A stretch of DNA of 64,000 nucleotides from NCBI RefSeq assembly GCF_048403405.1, contig NZ_CP183129.1; one strand, written 5' to 3'. The translations under genes were made by a program, and so were the position numbers. The notes beneath the pieces were generated by a model. That model worked only from the letters and a program-made list of their open reading frames with translations. It was not told the origin of the DNA and did no database searches. This stretch comes from Escherichia coli. GTDB taxonomy: Bacteria > Pseudomonadota > Gammaproteobacteria > Enterobacterales > Enterobacteriaceae. Shown here piece after piece: positions 57,762 through 64,000 of the stretch; within the stretch, counting starts at the first letter, position 1, and every line of letters begins with the position of its first letter.

Positions 57762-58376
57762 TTATTCTTCAATCGCTAACAATTGCAATGAACCACGGCT
57801 AAAATCCGCCAGCTTTGCGGAAAATTCAGCCACTTTCGCCGCCGGAAGCGCCACCCGCAGCAGAACGAATGCCTGATAATCACTGTTGATAATTTTGCCG
57901 TCACACTGCCCCAGCAACGCTTCAATGCCGGTTAACTGACTATATTCACATTGCAAAGTATATTCGGTTAATGGCGTCTTGCGTTGGGTCGTTAGCTGGC
58001 GCAGCGCCTGATTCACTCCGCCGCCATACGCTTTCACTAACCCACCGGTACCAAGCAATATGCCGCCGTAGTAGCGCACCACCACAGCGGTAATTTCCCC
58101 GACGCCGCTGCCCATTAGTTGGGCGAGCATCGGTTTACCGGCCGTTCCCGCCGGTTCCCCGTCGTCAGAGAAACCGAGCTGTTGAGAATCATCCGGCGCA
58201 CCCGCCACCCACGCCACGCAATGGTGGCGGGCATCGGGGTGTTCTGCCCGCACCGATTCAACAAACGCTTTCGCCGCCTCAACGCCATCGGTATGCGCCA
58301 ACATCGTTATGAAGCGGCTCTTTTTGATCTCTTCAACGACCGTGACTGGTGCCGCAGGAATTAACCAGCTTTCCAT
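57762..58376 (-). CDS. yigZ: IMPACT-family protein YigZ
   Basis: 204 codons from [10 protein letters not shown]. Its ATG overlaps the pepQ TGA (gTGATGg). Confidence 0.9.
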   Translation of the reverse strand: MESWLIPAAPVTVVEEIKKSRFITMLAHTDGVEAAKAFVESVRAEHPDARHHCVAWVAGAPDDSQQLGFSDDGEPAGTAGKPMLAQLMGSGVGEITAVVVRYYGGILLGTGGLVKAYGGGVNQALRQLTTQRKTPLTEYTLQCEYSQLTGIEALLGQCDGKIINSDYQAFVLLRVALPAAKVAEFSAKLADFSRGSLQLLAIEE

Positions 58377-59707
58377 CACGCCAGTTTCAGATCCCGGGTC
58401 ATGTTTTCCACGTTGTTTTCGTGGATCACCACGTTGTCTTCGATACGAATGCCGCCGAACGGTTTCAGTGCTTCAATTTTCTGCCAGTTAAAGTGTTTAC
58501 TGAACTGCCCTTCACGCCACGGTGCCAGTAGCGATTCGATGAAGTAGATACCCGGCTCGATGGTTAACACCATGCCCGGCTGGAGAATACGGGTGCAGCG
58601 CAGGTACGGATATTTTGCCGGTGCCGCGAGGTGTGTACCGCTATCATCCTGCATAAAACCGGCGACGTCATGCACCTGCAGGCCCAGCGGATGACCGATA
58701 CCGTGCGGCATAAACGGTCCGGTGAGATCGTTTTCGACCATCGCTTCTTCACTCATATCGGTGATAATTTGATGTTTACGCAGCAATTTGGCGATGCGCT
58801 GATGGAACTGGATGTGGTAATCCACATAGCTGACGCCAGCTTTCATGGTGGCGATCAGCGCAAGTTGTTCATCATTTACGTCGTTCACCAGCTGTGCGTA
58901 GTCGTTGTCGCTTTTTGCCGACCAGGTACGGGTCAGGTCAGCCGCATAGCCGTTATATTCGGCCCCGGCATCCAGCAGGAAGCTGCGCATCTCTTCCGGT
59001 GCCTGGTGGTCCAGTTTGGTGTAATGCAGCACCGCAGCGTGTTCGTTAAGCGCCACAATGTTGCTGTAAGGTACGTCGGTATCACGATGACCGGTCGCGG
59101 TCAGATAGGCAATATTGATATCAAACTCGCTCATGCCAGAACGGAACGCTTCTTCTGCCGCGCGATGACCGTTGACCGCCATTTTCTGCGCTTCACGCAT
59201 ACAGGCCAGTTCGTACTCGGTTTTGAAGGAGCGGTAGTAATGCAGGTAGTCGATCACCCCTTTCGGGTTGATATTGCTGGCCTCAATACCCAGTTGCAGC
59301 GCACGCTCCGGCACCGGACCGATATAACCGATATTCCCGCGCGCAGCAGGCAGCAGGCTACCAATGCCATCGGCTTTCGGCAGCGCGATCACTTCTACAT
59401 CTTCAGTCCAGAAGGAGGTCGGCAGCGGTTCGACGTTGTGCCAGTAATCAACCGGCAGATAAAACCACAGTTTCGGCTTGTTCACGCCATCCACCAACAG
59501 CCAGCAGTTTGGCACCTGAGTTACCGGCACCCACGCTTTGAATTGCGGATTCACTTTAAACGGATAGGGATGATCGTCGAGAAAAACGTTGAACAGTTCG
59601 CCGGAGTGAATAAGTAACGCATCCAGCTTGAAGCGCGCCAGCGCATCGCGAGTCCGTTCTTGTAAGGTAGCTATATGATTTTTATAGAGTGAGGCCAGTG
59701 ATTCCAT
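58376..59707 (-). CDS. pepQ: Xaa-Pro dipeptidase (prolidase, M24B)
   Basis: 443-aa ORF with M24 metal-ligand context ([18 protein letters not shown]). Confidence 0.96.
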   Translation of the reverse strand: MESLASLYKNHIATLQERTRDALARFKLDALLIHSGELFNVFLDDHPYPFKVNPQFKAWVPVTQVPNCWLLVDGVNKPKLWFYLPVDYWHNVEPLPTSFWTEDVEVIALPKADGIGSLLPAARGNIGYIGPVPERALQLGIEASNINPKGVIDYLHYYRSFKTEYELACMREAQKMAVNGHRAAEEAFRSGMSEFDINIAYLTATGHRDTDVPYSNIVALNEHAAVLHYTKLDHQAPEEMRSFLLDAGAEYNGYAADLTRTWSAKSDNDYAQLVNDVNDEQLALIATMKAGVSYVDYHIQFHQRIAKLLRKHQIITDMSEEAMVENDLTGPFMPHGIGHPLGLQVHDVAGFMQDDSGTHLAAPAKYPYLRCTRILQPGMVLTIEPGIYFIESLLAPWREGQFSKHFNWQKIEALKPFGGIRIEDNVVIHENNVENMTRDLKLA

Positions 59708-59854
59708 TTTTTACCCTTCTGTTTTTTTGACCTTAAGTCTCCGCATCTTAGCACATCGTTCATCCAGAGCGTGATTTCTGCCGAGCGTGATCAGATCGGC
59801 ATTTCTTTAATCTTTTATTTGCATATTTTTAACACAAAATACACACTTCGATGC

Positions 59855-59871
59855 ATCTGGTACGACCAGAT
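59855..59871. promoter_or_regulatory. FadR operator of fadBA
   Basis: ATCTGGTACGACCAGAT is a 17-bp palindrome of the FadR-box type. It lies 26 bp upstream of the fadB ATG. Confidence 0.8.
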
Positions 59872-59896
59872 CACCTTGCGGATTCAGGAGACTGAC

Positions 59897-62086
59897 ATGC
59901 TTTACAAAGGCGACACCCTGTACCTTGACTGGCTGGAAGATGGCATTGCCGAACTGGTATTTGATGCCCCAGGTTCAGTTAATAAACTCGACACTGCGAC
60001 CGTCGCCAGCCTCGGCGAGGCCATCGGCGTGCTGGAACAGCAATCAGATCTAAAAGGGCTGCTGCTACGTTCGAACAAATCAGCCTTTATCGTCGGTGCT
60101 GATATCACCGAATTTTTGTCCCTGTTCCTCGTTCCTGAAGAACAGTTAAGTCAGTGGCTGCACTTTGCCAATAGCGTGTTTAATCGCCTGGAAGATCTCC
60201 CGGTGCCGACCATTGCTGCCGTCAACGGCTATGCGCTGGGCGGTGGCTGCGAATGCGTGCTGGCGACCGATTATCGTCTGGCGACGCCGGATCTGCGCAT
60301 CGGTCTGCCGGAAACCAAACTGGGCATCATGCCGGGCTTTGGCGGTTCTGTACGTATGCCACGTATGCTGGGCGCTGACAGTGCGCTGGAAATCATTGCC
60401 GCCGGTAAAGATGTCGGCGCGGATCAGGCGCTGAAAATCGGTCTGGTGGATGGTGTAGTCAAAGCAGAAAAACTGGTTGAAGGGGCGATGGCGATTTTAC
60501 GCCAGGCCATTAACGGCGACCTCGACTGGAAAGCGAAACGTCAGCCGAAGCTGGAACCGCTAAAACTGAGCAAGATTGAAGCCACCATGAGCTTCACCAT
60601 CGCTAAAGGGATGGTCGCACAAACGGCGGGGAAACATTATCCGGCCCCCATCACCGCAGTAAAAACCATTGAAGCGGCGGCCCGTTTTGGTCGTGAAGAA
60701 GCATTAAATCTGGAAAACAAAAGCTTTGTCCCGCTGGCGCACACCAACGAAGCCCGCGCACTGGTCGGCATTTTCCTTAACGATCAATATGTAAAAGGCA
60801 AAGCGAAGAAACTCACCAAAGACGTTGAAACACCGAAACAGGCCGCTGTACTGGGCGCAGGCATCATGGGTGGCGGCATTGCTTACCAGTCTGCGTGGAA
60901 AGGTGTGCCGGTTATCATGAAAGATATCAACGACAAGTCGTTAACCCTCGGCATGACTGAAGCCGCGAAACTGCTGAACAAGCAGCTTGAGCGCGGCAAG
61001 ATCGATGGTCTGAAACTGGCTGGCGTGATCTCCACAATCCACCCAACGCTCGACTACGCCGGATTTGACCGCGTGGATGTTGTGGTAGAAGCGGTTGTCG
61101 AAAACCCGAAAGTGAAAAAAGCCGTGCTGGCAGAAACCGAGCAAAAAGTACGCCCGGATACCGTGCTGGCGTCTAACACTTCAACCATTCCTATCAGCGA
61201 GCTGGCCAACGCGCTGGAACGTCCGGAAAACTTCTGCGGAATGCACTTTTTTAACCCGGTACACCGGATGCCGTTGGTAGAAATTATTCGCGGCGAGAAA
61301 AGCTCCGACGAAACCATCGCGAAAGTCGTCGCCTGGGCGAGCAAGATGGGCAAAACGCCGATTGTGGTTAACGACTGCCCCGGATTCTTCGTTAACCGCG
61401 TGCTGTTCCCCTACTTCGCGGGTTTCAGCCAGCTGCTGCGCGACGGCGCGGATTTCCGCAAGATCGACAAAGTGATGGAAAAACAGTTTGGCTGGCCTAT
61501 GGGTCCGGCATATCTGCTGGACGTTGTGGGCATTGACACCGCGCATCATGCCCAGGCTGTCATGGCAGCAGGCTTCCCGCAGCGGATGCAGAAAGATTAC
61601 CGCGATGCCATCGACGCGCTGTTTGATGCCAACCGCTTTGGTCAGAAGAACGGCCTCGGTTTCTGGCGTTATAAAGAAGACAGCAAAGGTAAGCCGAAGA
61701 AAGAAGAAGACGCCGCTGTTGACGACCTGCTGGCAGAAGTGAGCCAGCCGAAGCGCGATTTCAGCGAAGAAGAGATTATCGCACGCATGATGATCCCGAT
61801 GGTCAACGAAGTGGTGCGCTGTCTGGAAGAAGGCATTATCGCCACTCCGGCAGAAGCGGATATGGCGCTGGTCTACGGCCTGGGCTTCCCTCCGTTCCAC
61901 GGTGGCGCGTTCCGCTGGCTGGACACCCTCGGTAGCGCAAAATACCTCGATATGGCACAGCAATATCAGCACCTCGGCCCGCTGTATGAAGTGCCGGAAG
62001 GTCTGCGTAATAAAGCGCGTCATAACGAACCGTACTATCCCCCGGTTGAGCCAGCCCGTCCGGTTGGCGACCTGAAAACGGCTTAA
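59897..62086 (+). CDS. fadB: Fatty-acid oxidation complex alpha subunit (enoyl-CoA hydratase / 3-hydroxyacyl-CoA dehydrogenase / epimerase)
   Basis: 729 codons from [21 protein letters not shown] lies upstream. The track's 42 extra N-terminal codons cover the promoter and operator. Confidence 0.97.
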   Translation: MLYKGDTLYLDWLEDGIAELVFDAPGSVNKLDTATVASLGEAIGVLEQQSDLKGLLLRSNKSAFIVGADITEFLSLFLVPEEQLSQWLHFANSVFNRLEDLPVPTIAAVNGYALGGGCECVLATDYRLATPDLRIGLPETKLGIMPGFGGSVRMPRMLGADSALEIIAAGKDVGADQALKIGLVDGVVKAEKLVEGAMAILRQAINGDLDWKAKRQPKLEPLKLSKIEATMSFTIAKGMVAQTAGKHYPAPITAVKTIEAAARFGREEALNLENKSFVPLAHTNEARALVGIFLNDQYVKGKAKKLTKDVETPKQAAVLGAGIMGGGIAYQSAWKGVPVIMKDINDKSLTLGMTEAAKLLNKQLERGKIDGLKLAGVISTIHPTLDYAGFDRVDVVVEAVVENPKVKKAVLAETEQKVRPDTVLASNTSTIPISELANALERPENFCGMHFFNPVHRMPLVEIIRGEKSSDETIAKVVAWASKMGKTPIVVNDCPGFFVNRVLFPYFAGFSQLLRDGADFRKIDKVMEKQFGWPMGPAYLLDVVGIDTAHHAQAVMAAGFPQRMQKDYRDAIDALFDANRFGQKNGLGFWRYKEDSKGKPKKEEDAAVDDLLAEVSQPKRDFSEEEIIARMMIPMVNEVVRCLEEGIIATPAEADMALVYGLGFPPFHGGAFRWLDTLGSAKYLDMAQQYQHLGPLYEVPEGLRNKARHNEPYYPPVEPARPVGDLKTA

Positions 62087-63259
<1,173 letters not shown>

Positions 63260-63264
63260 TCACT

Positions 63265-63377
63265 TGCCGAATGCGGCGTGAACGCCTTATCCGGTCTACC
63301 GATCCGGCACCAATGTAGGCCTGATAAGACGCGCCAGCGTCGCATCAGGCATCGTGCACCAATTGCCGGATGCGACA
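63265..63377. repeat. BIME (REP cluster)
   Basis: TGCCGAATGCGGCGTGAACGCCTTATCCGGTCTAC, GTAGGCCTGATAAGACGCGCCAGCGTCGCATCAGGCA, and a partial TGCCGGATGCGACA. Confidence 0.9.
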
Positions 63378-63419
63378 TAGATCTAAATGCCACTGAATAA
63401 AGTTTTAGTTGCCGCTCTT

Positions 63420-63444
63420 CCCGCCTGTCAGGGGCGGGTTTTTT
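63420..63444 (+). terminator. fadBA terminator
   Basis: CCCGCC-TGTCAGG-GGCGGG followed by TTTTTT. Confidence 0.85.
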
Positions 63445-63449
63445 ATATC

Positions 63450-64000
63450 TCAGATAAATGCAAACGCATCGCCAAACAGGCGATCTTCCCGTGCATTACG
63501 CTCACTGCAAAACAGGTCACGGGCAATTTTCGCCATCTCAAAACGTCCGGCAATATAGATATCATGCTCTGCCAGCGTACCGTGATCCTGCAATACCGCC
63601 GTTAACACGGTGCCAGTACGCCCACGCCAGCCCGCTTCCGGTTGTTCAACCACCGGCACCACTTGCAGACCAGGATGCTTAAGCGAAAGCGCCTCAAGCT
63701 CGGAGAGATCATAAAGATGCTGCTCTTCACGCCCGCCCCAGTAAATGGTGATATCACGGTTTGGGTTACGCGCCAGCGCCGTCAGCAAAATCGAGCGCGC
63801 ATAAGAGAACCCGGTGCCGCCCGCGATGAGAATCATTGGACGTTCTTCATCATCGCGCAGCCATGCCTCACCGTGCGGAATATCGACCACGATTTGATGA
63901 TCTTTAAGAATGCGGTCCATGACTGCTTTCGCGTAAAGGTTGATTTCAGAAGCGCCAATATGCAGCTCGATGAAACCTTTTTCATCCGGCGTCGAAGCCA
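63450..64000 (-). CDS. fre: NAD(P)H-flavin reductase Fre (C-terminal about 183 codons; 5' end lies outside the window)
   Basis: The frame stays open to the window edge (...[32 protein letters not shown]...) and ends ...FGDAFAFI*. An FNR-family GGTGFS motif is present. Confidence 0.93.
   Translation of the reverse strand, partial: ASTPDEKGFIELHIGASEINLYAKAVMDRILKDHQIVVDIPHGEAWLRDDEERPMILIAGGTGFSYARSILLTALARNPNRDITIYWGGREEQHLYDLSELEALSLKHPGLQVVPVVEQPEAGWRGRTGTVLTAVLQDHGTLAEHDIYIAGRFEMAKIARDLFCSERNAREDRLFGDAFAFI

Overview
The window is Escherichia coli chromosome and runs frvX to fre. From memory it is colinear with the K-12 86.5-88 min region in reverse-complement orientation. I did not run any database search.

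Gene order:
- frvX' - frvR - yiiG (damaged) - fdhD - fdoGHI - fdhE
- a small ribbon-helix-helix (RHH) gene (yiiE/yiiF family)
- [non-K-12 islet]
- yiiD - dtd - yihY - yihX
- the sulfoquinovose cluster yihW/V/U/T/S/R/Q/P/O - ompL
- yihNML - typA - glnALG - yshB - hemN - yihI
- CsrC sRNA - engB - Spot 42 sRNA - polA - yihG - yihF - dsbA - srkA - yihD - mobAB
- a complete rrnA-type rRNA operon (5S, 23S, tRNA-Ala, tRNA-Ile, 16S; minus strand)
- hemG - trkH - yigZ - pepQ - fadBA - fre'

The one segment I cannot place in the K-12 order is an AT-rich insert of about 2.2 kb (about 10561-12815). It carries a single intact 604-aa ORF whose C-terminus contains CKSAKDRT. That is the CX5R P-loop of mammalian inositol polyphosphate 4-phosphatases and, with Gly in place of Ala, of the type III effectors IpgD and SopB. 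I read it as an orphan, probably horizontally acquired, phosphoinositide-phosphatase effector-like gene. The window shows no cognate chaperone, secretion apparatus or mobility gene.

Secondary observations:
- The sequence next to the islet is decayed and repeat-bearing, and only one RHH gene copy is intact.
- yiiG looks both 5'-truncated and 3'-frameshifted.
- fdoG has an in-frame UGA (selenocysteine).
- Several functional RNAs and one 36-codon gene are invisible to the ORF track.

I saw no CRISPR array, IS element, integrase or prophage gene.
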